Shown: piece after piece, positions 1-9,369 of the stretch | Numbering within the stretch: position 1 is the stretch's first letter | How the letters are laid out: every line of letters begins with the position of its first letter | Origin: an uncultured Gammaproteobacteria bacterium | GTDB lineage: Bacteria; Patescibacteriota; Patescibacteriia; JAHIZJ01 | Assembly: GCA_964371245.1 (NCBI GenBank) | Contig: CAYJKP010000001.1 | Span: 507,042-571,041, forward strand | Reading direction: 5' to 3' | DNA length: 64,000 nt | Made by a program: the position numbers and the translations under genes | The notes under the pieces: generated by a model | Databases searched by the model: none | Told to the model about the DNA's origin: nothing | What the model saw: only the letters and a program-made list of their open reading frames with translations

Positions 1-289
1 GCTTTATTGGCTTGTTTATACTTTCGTTCTAACGTGACGATCTTTCGATAGAGCCGGCGTATGCCGGTCATGATCGCCCGACCAACCGGGCTCAACACCT
101 TCAATACCTCGGCACCACCGCGGGTAAATTTACGTTCCAGTCGTCGCGAGATGATTTCGTTTTTCGTGGCCAACTCGCGTTCTTTTTTTAAACTTGTAAC
201 GTCAAGATGGCGCAGTTTATCCATTTTTCGTCTGGCGATATACCAAATGCCGATGAGTGCGGCCAGACCGATAATAATGAAAATAATAT
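1..289 (-). CDS. N-terminal fragment of a membrane-anchored protein running off the window edge (single TM helix then basic/coiled-coil region; RNase Y-like N-terminus possible)
   Basis: Hand translation of the minus strand from an ATG at ~289 gives MIDIIFIIIGLAALIGIWYIARRKMDKLRHLD... and stays open to position 1. It sits immediately downstream of the PSP1 gene. Confidence 0.35.
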
Positions 290-297
290 CAATCATG

Positions 298-1080
298 CTA
301 TTTTTTCATTGAAACTTCGATTATCGTATCGGCATTTACTCGAACATTCGCTGACTGGCGAAGCACGTTCAGACTCAGTACCTGCCCCGGTCCTTTGACG
401 GTTTTGATGGTTTCGCCAATTTGCGGGAGAGTTTTGGCGAGCTCCTGATATGTTTTCAGTTCAAAGGTTAAGCAACACTTCAACCGTCCGCAAATACCCG
501 ACAACCGTTCGCAACCGCGGTGTTCAACGCCTTGGATCTTCGCGTAATCAGATACCACGCTGGATAATTGTTTCAGAAAGCGCCGGCAGCATAACTCGCA
601 ACCGCACGGGCCAACATCGCCGCACAAACGCGCTTCATCACGGATACCCATCTGCTGGAGCCGTATCGTTTTCTGAAAATGCCTGGTCAGCTCCTTTACC
701 AACTCTCGAAAGTCGATCCGCTCCTCGGCGATGAAGCCGAAGATTATGCGACCGCCGTCATAGGCCACATGACAATCAACAAGCTTCATGTCGAGCTTAT
801 ACTTCTGGATCAATTCCTGGCAGTACTTCAATATCTCGTGGCGACGCTCGTTTTGCTGTTCTTGTCGCGTCAAATCTTCTGACGTCGCCTTTCTAAGAAT
901 CGTCTTTGGCATCGTCCGGGTATCATCAGCGTTCAATTCAACGCGTCCAACGACCTGAGCCAGGTCGATGCCGCATTCCATCTGAACCAAGACGCGTTCA
1001 CCCGGCGCAATCTCAAAATTGGGTTCGCTCGCGTAATGTAACTGGTCCCAGGGCTGGATTTGAAGAGCTATATGTTTCAT
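298..1080 (-). CDS. PSP1 C-terminal domain protein (YaaT/RicT-like)
   Basis: 260-aa ORF with a Cys-rich PSP1 signature (CGDVGPCGCELCC, GICGRLKCC). It follows tsf in the same orientation. Confidence 0.7.
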   Translation of the reverse strand: MKHIALQIQPWDQLHYASEPNFEIAPGERVLVQMECGIDLAQVVGRVELNADDTRTMPKTILRKATSEDLTRQEQQNERRHEILKYCQELIQKYKLDMKLVDCHVAYDGGRIIFGFIAEERIDFRELVKELTRHFQKTIRLQQMGIRDEARLCGDVGPCGCELCCRRFLKQLSSVVSDYAKIQGVEHRGCERLSGICGRLKCCLTFELKTYQELAKTLPQIGETIKTVKGPGQVLSLNVLRQSANVRVNADTIIEVSMKK

Positions 1081-1082
1081 CG

Positions 1083-1667
1083 TTAAATCGAGAAGTGTCC
1101 AATTGTTTTGAGGCGAATATTTTCGCCGAGTGAGGCAATGGCTTTCTTCATCAATTCATCAATGGTAACAGCGTCATCTTTTATAAATGGCTGTTTCAGT
1201 AAGCAATGTTCCGAATAATACTTTTCCATCTTTCCCAGAACGATTTTCTCGCGGATGTTGGCCGGCTTCCTCGGGTCGGCATCCTCTTCAAATTCTTTCT
1301 TTTTCTGCGCTTTCAACTCGTCCGGTACGTTCTCGATGTTCATGTAATCCGGCTTCGTCGCGGCGACTTGCATCGCTAAATCATGAGCCAGGGTCTGGAA
1401 CTGCTCTGTCCGGGCGACGAAGTCCGTCTCACAAAGCAGCACGACGACTGAGGCAACTTTTTTGTTGCTGTGAACATAAGTTTCAATCACGCCATGGGCG
1501 GTCGCACGGCCCGATTTCGACTCGGTAATTTTTTCACCGCGCTTGCGCAAATAGGCCAGAGCCTCTTTCATATCGCCGTCAGACTCTTGCAAGGCTCGTT
1601 TCGCTTCCATTATGCCGACGCCGGTTTTTTCTCTTATTTCCTGTATTTGTTGGGTTGTTATCGTCAT
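1083..1667 (-). CDS. tsf: Elongation factor Ts (short form)
   Basis: 194 aa with UBA-like N-terminus (IKELREKTGVGIMEAKRAL-like). The rpsB-tsf gene order is conserved. Confidence 0.85.
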   Translation of the reverse strand: MTITTQQIQEIREKTGVGIMEAKRALQESDGDMKEALAYLRKRGEKITESKSGRATAHGVIETYVHSNKKVASVVVLLCETDFVARTEQFQTLAHDLAMQVAATKPDYMNIENVPDELKAQKKKEFEEDADPRKPANIREKIVLGKMEKYYSEHCLLKQPFIKDDAVTIDELMKKAIASLGENIRLKTIGHFSI

Positions 1668-1684
1668 ATGATGATTGTTCTAAA

Positions 1685-2416
1685 TTATTCCTTTTTTTGA
1701 TCCTTTATTTCCGTCGCTGGCACTTGTTCAGCCCGATCCTTTTTCCCCTGCTGGATGCTCTCGCTGACCAGCCGGGTAATCAGCTCAATAGATTTGGTGG
1801 CGTCGTCATTGGCCGGAATCGGATAGGTCACCTGAGACGGATCATTGTTGGTGTCGATCATGGCCACGACTGGGATATTCTTTCGTTCCGCTTCTCGAAT
1901 GACGGTTTTTTCTATTTTTATATCTACGACAAATAACGCCTCGGGTACTTTCTTTAGATCAGCTAAGCCGCCGACAAGATTTTCCAACCGGTCGATCCGT
2001 TTTAAAAAGGTGGATTTTTCCTTTTTCGTATACTTTTCTAATTCCCCGCTCGCTTGCTGCTTTTTCAGGCCTGTCAGCTTTTCAATGAGTCGTTTTACAA
2101 TGCTGAAATTCGTGAGCAGTCCGCCAATCCAACGATTCACGATAAATGGCATGCCTGATTCTTTCGCATATTTCGTGATAATCCCCTGCGCCTGTTTCTT
2201 TGTCCCGATAAAAACAACAACCCCACCTTTTTGTGCGGTTTCTCGTAAAAATTGAAGGGCTTCGAGCAGCTTCTCCCGGGTTTTCTCAAGATCAATGATG
2301 TGAATGCCGCTTCGTTCGGTAAAAATGAAGGGCTTCATTTTTGGGTGCCATCGCGACCGCTGATGTCCGAAGTGCACCCCGCTCTGTAAGAGCTCGAGGA
2401 GTGTGATTTCTTGCAT
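1685..2416 (-). CDS. rpsB: 30S ribosomal protein S2
   Basis: 243 aa with N-terminus MQEITLLELLQSGVHFGHQ typical of S2, immediately upstream of tsf. Confidence 0.9.
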   Translation of the reverse strand: MQEITLLELLQSGVHFGHQRSRWHPKMKPFIFTERSGIHIIDLEKTREKLLEALQFLRETAQKGGVVVFIGTKKQAQGIITKYAKESGMPFIVNRWIGGLLTNFSIVKRLIEKLTGLKKQQASGELEKYTKKEKSTFLKRIDRLENLVGGLADLKKVPEALFVVDIKIEKTVIREAERKNIPVVAMIDTNNDPSQVTYPIPANDDATKSIELITRLVSESIQQGKKDRAEQVPATEIKDQKKE

Positions 2417-2586
2417 AATTCGTTCTTTTTAGCCTCTATCTCATTGTTACGTCGCGTTAAACCAGTGCTCAACGAGACTGGCAAGAACCGCGACATTTTC
2501 ACGTTTTACCGTGAAAATGAGATATGTGGGATATAAGTTTTTTAGACAACGGGTATCATATCAGAAATCCGATGAGCCGGCAAGTC

Positions 2587-2615
2587 TTGCCAAAAATGGC
2601 GCGGCCTGGTATACT
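2587..2615 (+). promoter_or_regulatory. Sigma70-like promoter TTGCCA-17-TATACT for rpmE-prfA-prmC
   Basis: -35 TTGCCA at ~2587-2592, 17-nt spacer, -10 TATACT at ~2610-2615, about 35 nt upstream of the rpmE start. Confidence 0.45.
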
Positions 2616-2648
2616 ACTTTCGTCTAATATTTATTGTTCCTGAGTGAA

Positions 2649-2879
2649 ATGAAAAAGAAACTTCATCCAACCTACTATCCAAAAGCGAAGGTTACCTGCG
2701 CGTGTGGGAATCAGTTTGAAACTGGTTCAACCGTCCCTGAAATTAATATCGAGGTTTGTTCGTCATGTCATCCCTTCTATACCGGCAAACAGAAGCTCGT
2801 CGACTCGGCCCGACGGGTTGATCGCTTCAAGCGTCTGGTGGAAAAGAAAACTCAATTCAAGCCGAAAAAATCGAAATAA
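2649..2879 (+). CDS. rpmE: 50S ribosomal protein L31
   Basis: [28 protein letters not shown]...[10 protein letters not shown] is the L31 zinc-ribbon signature. Start taken at the internal ATG of ORF 2634. Confidence 0.8.
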   Translation: MKKKLHPTYYPKAKVTCACGNQFETGSTVPEINIEVCSSCHPFYTGKQKLVDSARRVDRFKRLVEKKTQFKPKKSK

Positions 2880-2931
2880 GGCGTTTCGACGACATCCCAC
2901 TGTTATCACCGGTGGGATTTTGTACAGGCCT

Positions 2932-3975
2932 ATGAAAAATGAATTGAAAGACATCCGAGCACGCCTTGCCTCCCTCGAACACGAACTTCAAAGTCCGGAG
3001 GTTATTCATAATCCTGAAGCATTGCGTAAAACTTCGCAAGAATACGCCCGCGTGACTCAGCTCGCTGAGCTGCTGGAACGACTTGATTCTATCCGTTCCC
3101 AAATTCAGAATTTGCACACAACGCTTTCAAAGTCGGAGGAGTCCGATCTGCACGAATTGGCAAACCAAGAATTACGCACGCTCGAAAAAGAACGGACTCA
3201 ATTGGAAACGACCATCGAAGATGAAATGCATCCGCCCGACCCGCGCGATCAAAAAAATATAATCGTTGAAATACGCGCCGGAACCGGTGGCGATGAGGCG
3301 ACATTATTTGCCGCCGAATTATTTCGTATGTATAGCCGCTTTGCCGAAAAACGCGGCTGGAAATCGCATATCATATCGTCAAATCGGACAGGGCTTGGTG
3401 GTTTCAAGGAAATTATCATGGAGATTATCGGTACCAACGTCTTTAGTCAATTGAAATATGAAAGTGGCGTTCATCGCGTTCAGCGCATTCCGGAAACAGA
3501 AAAATCAGGCCGGATTCACACTTCTGCCGCCACCGTCGCGATCTTGCCTGAAGCCGAGACAACCGATATTGAAATAAAGCCGGAAGACATAGAAATCCAA
3601 GCGTCAACCGCCGGCGGACACGGCGGTCAAAGCGTTAATACAACCTATTCGGCGATCCGGATATTGCATAAGCCGACCGGTATCGTCGTTCAATGCCAGG
3701 ACGAACGATCGCAATTGCAAAATCGCGAGCGCGCCATGCAGGTATTACGTTCGCGCTTGTTAGCGCGCGAGGAGGAACGAAAGCACCGCGAACGAGCCAC
3801 CGATCGTAAAAATCAAATCGGCAGCGGCGATCGTTCTGAAAAGATTCGTACCTATAACTTTCCACAAGATCGACTGACCGACCATCGGATCCAAAAGAAC
3901 TGGTACGGCTTGCAAGCGATTCTTGACGGCAATCTTGAGGAAATCATACGCAGTTTGCGAGAACCGAAAAAATGA
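2932..3975 (+). CDS. prfA: Peptide chain release factor 1
   Basis: GGQ motif ([14 protein letters not shown]), RF1-type tripeptide region ([23 protein letters not shown]) and [15 protein letters not shown]. Start at MKNELKD inside the longer ORF 2704. Confidence 0.9.
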   Translation: MKNELKDIRARLASLEHELQSPEVIHNPEALRKTSQEYARVTQLAELLERLDSIRSQIQNLHTTLSKSEESDLHELANQELRTLEKERTQLETTIEDEMHPPDPRDQKNIIVEIRAGTGGDEATLFAAELFRMYSRFAEKRGWKSHIISSNRTGLGGFKEIIMEIIGTNVFSQLKYESGVHRVQRIPETEKSGRIHTSAATVAILPEAETTDIEIKPEDIEIQASTAGGHGGQSVNTTYSAIRILHKPTGIVVQCQDERSQLQNRERAMQVLRSRLLAREEERKHRERATDRKNQIGSGDRSEKIRTYNFPQDRLTDHRIQKNWYGLQAILDGNLEEIIRSLREPKK

Positions 3976-4841
3976 CCATCGCTCAGACGCTCCAATATGC
4001 GCTGAAGCGGTGCCGCGCTACATCTCAACCAGCTCAGCTTGATGCTGAGGTTTTGTTATCGTTTGTTCTGGGACATCCGATAGAATACCTTTTGAGCCAT
4101 CCTGAACAGGTCGTCTCGACACTGCATAAAGTACGGTACGATCGGTTGCTTAAGAAGCGTGCTCTTGGCTGGCCGATTGCCTATTTGGTGGGCGAAAAAG
4201 AATTCTACAAGCTTCGTTTTTTTGTTTCACCAAACGTGTTAATCCCGCGACCGGAGACTGAACAATTGGTTGATTATCTAATAAACTACCCTTTATCTCA
4301 TCGGGCGAGAATCCGCATTGCAGACATCGGCACTGGTTCTGGCAATCTCGTTGTGACCTTGGCGCAATATCTAAAAAAAGCAAACTTTATCGCTACCGAC
4401 ATTTCGCGCGCCACCCTAAACATCGCAGCCAAAAATGCTCGGCTACACAAAGTTGCAAATCGGATACAGTTTCGTCATGGCTCGTTATTATCACCAATCC
4501 GACACTCTCGTGTTGACATCGTGGTTGCGAATTTGCCATATCTGACCAAATATCAAATTCGTCATTCGCCAACTCCTGAAATACGGTTTGAGCCGGGACG
4601 CGCCCTTGACGGCGGACGACATGGTTTTGAAAAAATTCATGCTTTCCTTCGGCAACTATCTAAAAGTAAAGTATTGGCCGGATTGATCGCTCTTGAGATT
4701 GACCCAGCGCAAAAAAAACTGTTATTTACAGCAGTTCAAAAATTGCTTCCATCCTATACGATTACGTTTCTGTCTGACTATTCTAGAAAAATACGTTTTG
4801 CTGTTTTACGGTCAACCGACCAAAAACAATTTCGGCCTTAA
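3972..4841 (+). CDS. prmC: Release factor glutamine N5-methyltransferase PrmC/HemK
   Basis: SAM-binding motif DIGTGSGNL, catalytic VANLPY (NPPY-like) motif and 4-nt overlap with prfA, the classic prfA-prmC pair. Confidence 0.8.
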   Translation: MTIAQTLQYALKRCRATSQPAQLDAEVLLSFVLGHPIEYLLSHPEQVVSTLHKVRYDRLLKKRALGWPIAYLVGEKEFYKLRFFVSPNVLIPRPETEQLVDYLINYPLSHRARIRIADIGTGSGNLVVTLAQYLKKANFIATDISRATLNIAAKNARLHKVANRIQFRHGSLLSPIRHSRVDIVVANLPYLTKYQIRHSPTPEIRFEPGRALDGGRHGFEKIHAFLRQLSKSKVLAGLIALEIDPAQKKLLFTAVQKLLPSYTITFLSDYSRKIRFAVLRSTDQKQFRP

Positions 4842-6013
4842 AGGGACGATTCCGTATACAATATTTCACGATCTTCGGGGACTACTGAAACCCAGGTCGT
4901 GCCGCGATTAAGCTCAATTTCATTGCCTTGCGCATCATAGAAAAGGGTTCGGCTGAGGCGGTCTTTTTTTTGCCACGTCCCGACTATTTCCACACCGTCG
5001 CGAAAAACGAACGCGCGGCCTTGACCAGAAATATCCAGCGTTACCCTGCCCTTTTCGCCATATGAGGAAATTTTCGGAACAACGACAATGACCACGTTCT
5101 TCGCCATCAGCTGGTTGCCGGTTTCGGCATCGAGGTGCGGCTGGGCCGCGGCTTGGAATTTTGCGTAGACGTTTTTTTCGACATCGTAAACATAGCGTGA
5201 CGTCCAGGTCTGCCCGCTCGAAAAATGAATTTCAATCGTTTCCATTTTCAGCGGTCGTTGCGCCAGCGGCTGCTCGTCTTTAAATTTCCACGCTTGATAG
5301 GTGGCCGGCTGACTGTCGTATTTCAAATCCCGGCGGGCTCGATCGATCAATTCGAAACTCGTATAGACATTGTGCGGCGCGTACCGATCCGTCGACCGCC
5401 AGTAATATTGTCCGTTACGAAATTGGCTGAAATCCTTAATACCCAGGCCCGAAATCGCCGCCAATGCTTCTGGGCTACCGCCGACGTGTCCATACATGGC
5501 GTCATATTCGGAAACCCACTCGAGATAGCAGGGACGAGCCGAGCGCACTGGTCCGATTTTGTCCGACCGGCCACCGGCAAAAACCGCCATGATACGGGTC
5601 GCGCCGCCCTCAACCAGCGTTTCATATAAGACTGAGGCGCCCTCTAAACCGCTTTGCGGCCAGGCCGGCGGAATATTGTCGATCATGATGGCAACGGGGT
5701 ATGGGTTCGCATCTTCGGGCGAGACGAGCACCCCGTCAATCCGCCGCGGCACGAGATTAGAAGTCGGTTCGACAGTTTGACTCGGTGTGGTTGCTGGCGA
5801 ATCGGTAGCGGTATTTAGAATGCTAGGCGCATTTTCTTTTTCCGGCATTGCCCAAGCAAATGGTTTCCAGCTCCTCACGGAAAAGCCAAACAGCACCCCC
5901 CAGAGCAACGCGCTGCCGATGATCACAAAAGCAACGATCGCCAGCCAGCGCCGTTGCTTCAGATATTCGATTACTCGAAAAATGATTGTTTTGTTTTTTG
6001 TTTTTTCAGACAT
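4838..6013 (-). CDS. DUF3048 (YerB-like) membrane-anchored extracytoplasmic protein, copy 1
   Basis: N-terminal TM helix, then the conserved DUF3048 core (PVAVMIDN...RPQSGL...GGATRIMAVF...GPVRSARPYY). It is a paralog of the adjacent gene. Confidence 0.6.
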   Translation of the reverse strand: MSEKTKNKTIIFRVIEYLKQRRWLAIVAFVIIGSALLWGVLFGFSVRSWKPFAWAMPEKENAPSILNTATDSPATTPSQTVEPTSNLVPRRIDGVLVSPEDANPYPVAIMIDNIPPAWPQSGLEGASVLYETLVEGGATRIMAVFAGGRSDKIGPVRSARPCYLEWVSEYDAMYGHVGGSPEALAAISGLGIKDFSQFRNGQYYWRSTDRYAPHNVYTSFELIDRARRDLKYDSQPATYQAWKFKDEQPLAQRPLKMETIEIHFSSGQTWTSRYVYDVEKNVYAKFQAAAQPHLDAETGNQLMAKNVVIVVVPKISSYGEKGRVTLDISGQGRAFVFRDGVEIVGTWQKKDRLSRTLFYDAQGNEIELNRGTTWVSVVPEDREILYTESSL

Positions 6014-6017
6014 ATTT

Positions 6018-7100
6018 TTATTGGTAGGTTACGCTCCGATCGGTCGGGAGCACTTCAACCCAGGTCGTACCCCGATTAAATTCAATTTCTTTTCCGGATG
6101 AATCATAATAGCGGGTCCGTGATTCTCGGGTCGGTTTTTTCCAAGTCCCGACGATTTCATTTCCGTCAAAATACATTTTGGCATTACCCTCACCGATCGT
6201 CTCAATCGCCAAACGGTTTTCGTCATCAGCCAACCGTGTCTTGGTAAATTGGACAACAACATTTTTCGTACGAATGACGGCGTCATTTTCCATGACATGC
6301 TCAGCGCCGGCTTGATACCGAACATAGTCATTCGTTTCTGGATCGTACTTATATTCAACTTGGTAGCTATAGCTTGAAAAATTCAACGTCAACGTTTTGG
6401 TTGTTTCCGAGGGATGTTCCTTATTTTTGTATTCCCACGACTCGAATGACCCTGTTGGACCCCATTTCTTTGAGACGACCGCACGCGCTAACAATTCAGA
6501 TGATGTGTAGAGGTTATGCGGCGCGGCGCGTTCTTTGGCCCGCCAAAAATTTGGGCTGTTATAAAACTGATTTAAATCAAGAATATCGTACTGCGGAATC
6601 AACCGAAGCGCCTCCGGACTACCACCGACGTGAATGTACGCGGCGCTCAGTTCTTTTGCCCAATCAAGATAATACGTCCGCGCCGATCGAACTGGACCGA
6701 TTTTTTCTATTTCCTCTCCGGAGGCAAAAACGGCCAAAAACCGTGTAATCCCACCTTCGGCCAGCGCTTCATACACCAGATTGGCCCGATCAAGGCCTGA
6801 CTGGGGGCGAGACGTAACCATATTTTCTATCATGACCGCGACTGGAAATTTATTCTCCCAGCCCGAAGGTATCATTTTGCCATCGATCATCCGCGGCAAC
6901 TGGGCTTTGTTCGTATTACTGTTGTTCAGATTGCTCACGTTTCCGTTCTGATTGGTGACAGTCTTTTCGCCACCGAATACGACCAGGCCGATGATCACGA
7001 CTATTGCTACTAAGACCGTAATTCCAACGGGAATGACAATTTTTTTATTCTTTTTTAATTTTTCAACGAATGATGTTTTTGACTCTCCATTTGTCGCCAT
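6018..7100 (-). CDS. DUF3048 (YerB-like) membrane-anchored protein, copy 2
   Basis: Same conserved core (FPVAVMIENMVTSRPQSGL, GGITRFLAVF, GPVRSARTYY). Start set at MATNGESK (ATG 7100), which removes the overlap with rplY. Confidence 0.6.
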   Translation of the reverse strand: MATNGESKTSFVEKLKKNKKIVIPVGITVLVAIVVIIGLVVFGGEKTVTNQNGNVSNLNNSNTNKAQLPRMIDGKMIPSGWENKFPVAVMIENMVTSRPQSGLDRANLVYEALAEGGITRFLAVFASGEEIEKIGPVRSARTYYLDWAKELSAAYIHVGGSPEALRLIPQYDILDLNQFYNSPNFWRAKERAAPHNLYTSSELLARAVVSKKWGPTGSFESWEYKNKEHPSETTKTLTLNFSSYSYQVEYKYDPETNDYVRYQAGAEHVMENDAVIRTKNVVVQFTKTRLADDENRLAIETIGEGNAKMYFDGNEIVGTWKKPTRESRTRYYDSSGKEIEFNRGTTWVEVLPTDRSVTYQ

Positions 7101-7104
7101 AATG

Positions 7105-7818
7105 TTATTTTGAAGTTTCTTTTGAATCAGTTTTTTGTTCTTTGGCTGGAGTCTCGCCTTCCGCCTCGTCTTCCTCAGCTTCCTTTTCTTTTTTCTCCAC
7201 TTTTTCGACTTCTTCAACCTTCTCTTCAACAACCTGGTCAAGTTCCTTTAATTCATCTTCACTGCGCGGCGGTTTGACGAGCGCAATGGTTTCATCGGCT
7301 TTTTCGACAACCGTGATATTGGCCGGTATGGCGATGTCTTTCACATAAATCATGTCTTCAAACGTTTTCAGCGGCGTTAAATCAACTTGGATCTCATGCA
7401 CAAGATCTTCAGGCAAACACTCGACTTTTATCCGATCCAAACTTTTGACGAGAACGCCACCCAGTTCTTTTACAGCCGGCGATTCGTTGATAAAGCTCAA
7501 TTCAATATCAGCCGTAATCTTCTTCTTGAGATCAACCTGATATAGATCGACGTGTTCAAAGCGCTCGGTTAAGGGATTGCGTTGGACCGCGTGGATCAAT
7601 ACTTTTACCGGTTTGCCGCTTTCAGTTGCCAAATCAACTAAACTAGACTCGCCGGCTTGCTTATACACCGTTTCAAATGTTCGATAATCGAGTTGTAACG
7701 GTTGCGTTTTGATTTTCGACCCGTACAGGATAGCGGGTATTTTCCCCTCCTTCCGCAAGGTGTGCACTTTTTTGCCAAGGACCTTCCGGGTTTGCGCCTG
7801 TAATACAAGTTCTGACAT
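7105..7818 (-). CDS. rplY: 50S ribosomal protein L25 / general stress protein Ctc with long acidic C-terminal tail
   Basis: 237 aa with N-terminus typical of L25 (LQAQTRKVLGKKVHTLRKEGKIPAILYG) and an EKVEEVEKVEKKEKEAEEDE tail. Confidence 0.8.
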   Translation of the reverse strand: MSELVLQAQTRKVLGKKVHTLRKEGKIPAILYGSKIKTQPLQLDYRTFETVYKQAGESSLVDLATESGKPVKVLIHAVQRNPLTERFEHVDLYQVDLKKKITADIELSFINESPAVKELGGVLVKSLDRIKVECLPEDLVHEIQVDLTPLKTFEDMIYVKDIAIPANITVVEKADETIALVKPPRSEDELKELDQVVEEKVEEVEKVEKKEKEAEEDEAEGETPAKEQKTDSKETSK

Positions 7819-7822
7819 GTGT

Positions 7823-8176
7823 TTAGACAGTAGATTTTAGATATGAAATAATACTGCGTTCAGATGTTAGTGTTGAATAAACGGTTAAGACATCATCGCT
7901 GGAAACCGGCTGATTGTTTTTTAATCGGATCGCATCATCGCTCGATAGATCAGTCAATAAGCCGATCGAACTGACACCCATTGCCCCGGCCATAATCAAC
8001 GCGACGATTGACGATCCGCACTTTCGGCATTGGATATGGATTAAATGAGCGCCTTCCTTTTCCTCTAAAATACGGGCTGATAATGGATTATATTGCGTGT
8101 TGCATAATGGACAATACGAAACAACGCGGATACTCTCATTTGGATACATTAACGGTAGTCCCGAGGCGCTTTTCAT
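7823..8176 (-). CDS. Hypothetical small protein with a four-Cys zinc ribbon and one hydrophobic segment
   Basis: 117 aa with CPLCN...CRKCG, then IVALIMAGAMGVSSIGLL. It is tightly packed between ftsW and rplY. Confidence 0.4.
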   Translation of the reverse strand: MKSASGLPLMYPNESIRVVSYCPLCNTQYNPLSARILEEKEGAHLIHIQCRKCGSSIVALIMAGAMGVSSIGLLTDLSSDDAIRLKNNQPVSSDDVLTVYSTLTSERSIISYLKSTV

Positions 8177-8244
8177 AGATATTTCGACCTATTTAGCAGT
8201 TTAATTATATCAAATTTTGAGATTTAGTCAACTGTAATCAGTTT

Positions 8245-9348
8245 TTAGGAGGTTGACCGGTGCGTAATAATCGCTTGAACAATCCCGACAGCGATACAAT
8301 TTGTCAGTAATGAGCTTCCGCCAGCACTGACAAACGGCAATGGAAGCCCGATAACCGGCGCTAAGCCAAGATTCATGCCGATATTTATGAGCATCTGCGA
8401 AAATATCATGATCATGATGCCAATTGTCAAAAAAAGCGAAAAATCATCGCGTGATTTTCTGACCACGCGCATAAAGCGAAAGAAAAGAAGCACAAATATG
8501 GTCAAGGTAAAGGTTGTTCCGACTATACCAAGTTCTTCACCAATGACAGCGAAAATAAAGTCTGTTTGCTGTTCGGGTAAGAATTTTAACTGGCTTTGCG
8601 TTCCAAAGCCGAGTCCCCGGCCGAATATTTGCCCCGAGCCAATGGCCACGATCGATTGTCGGAGATTATAGCCGGTTGACAGCGGATCGCGTGACGGGTT
8701 TAAAAACGTCACGATCCGATCTTTTTGATAATCTCGCAAGACAAAGGCCCAACCCAGGCTGGCGACAACGGCCACCATGAGCAACACAGCGACAATGTAT
8801 GATCGCCGTACATTAAGTAACATGAGAAAGCCGAGCCAGATGATAAAATATATTATCGCCGAGCCCAAATCCGGTTCAGCCAGAACCAAGCCAACATACA
8901 CGAGGGTTAATAAGCCGCTGACAATAAGTCTTTGTGGTCGATAAAAATCCTGACCATGCCGGGAGACATATTGGGCCAATACAATAATAAGGATTATTTT
9001 TACAAATTCGACCGGTTGGATACCATAAGAGCCGATAAATAACCAGCCCGTCGTACCATGAATCGTTTTTCCAAATACGAGCACGACCCCGAGCAAGGCT
9101 AGGCCGATCAGATACAAAATCGGACTGTAGGCGCGCAACTGTCGGAAATCAATCAAGCTGAGGCCGAACATACCGAAAATACCGACAATAACAAAGACGA
9201 GCTGCTTCGTAAATATCGTCCGCACCGAGGCGTCTTGATTCATTGTCGTGCTATAGATCGAAAGCAAGCTCAAACTCAGCAATAACAAAATAAGGCTGAA
9301 AATCAGCCAATCGGTCCTTTTTAGATACGCAAAATAGCGGAAAAACAT
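8245..9348 (-). CDS. ftsW: SEDS-family peptidoglycan glycosyltransferase (FtsW/RodA)
   Basis: 367 aa, polytopic membrane protein with conserved SEDS blocks (GSxxQPxEFxK, IGEELG, PFVSxGGSS). Confidence 0.8.
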   Translation of the reverse strand: MFFRYFAYLKRTDWLIFSLILLLLSLSLLSIYSTTMNQDASVRTIFTKQLVFVIVGIFGMFGLSLIDFRQLRAYSPILYLIGLALLGVVLVFGKTIHGTTGWLFIGSYGIQPVEFVKIILIIVLAQYVSRHGQDFYRPQRLIVSGLLTLVYVGLVLAEPDLGSAIIYFIIWLGFLMLLNVRRSYIVAVLLMVAVVASLGWAFVLRDYQKDRIVTFLNPSRDPLSTGYNLRQSIVAIGSGQIFGRGLGFGTQSQLKFLPEQQTDFIFAVIGEELGIVGTTFTLTIFVLLFFRFMRVVRKSRDDFSLFLTIGIMIMIFSQMLINIGMNLGLAPVIGLPLPFVSAGGSSLLTNCIAVGIVQAIITHRSTS

Positions 9349-9369
9349 GCTGGAAGCGTTATGTCAATG

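Noticed and set aside
61-1133. Several 60-95 aa plus-strand ORFs (61-312, 207-398, 450-734, 679-882, 906-1133)
   Set aside because: They lie antisense to, and entirely within, the PSP1 gene and the partial N-terminal gene. They have no RBS and no protein-like composition.
7101-7241. K/R-rich 47-aa N-terminal extension of the second DUF3048 ORF overlapping rplY
   Set aside because: It is an alternative-frame reading of the GAA/GAG/AAA-rich DNA that encodes the acidic tail of L25. An internal ATG (MATNGESK) at 7100 gives a non-overlapping start next to the TM helix.
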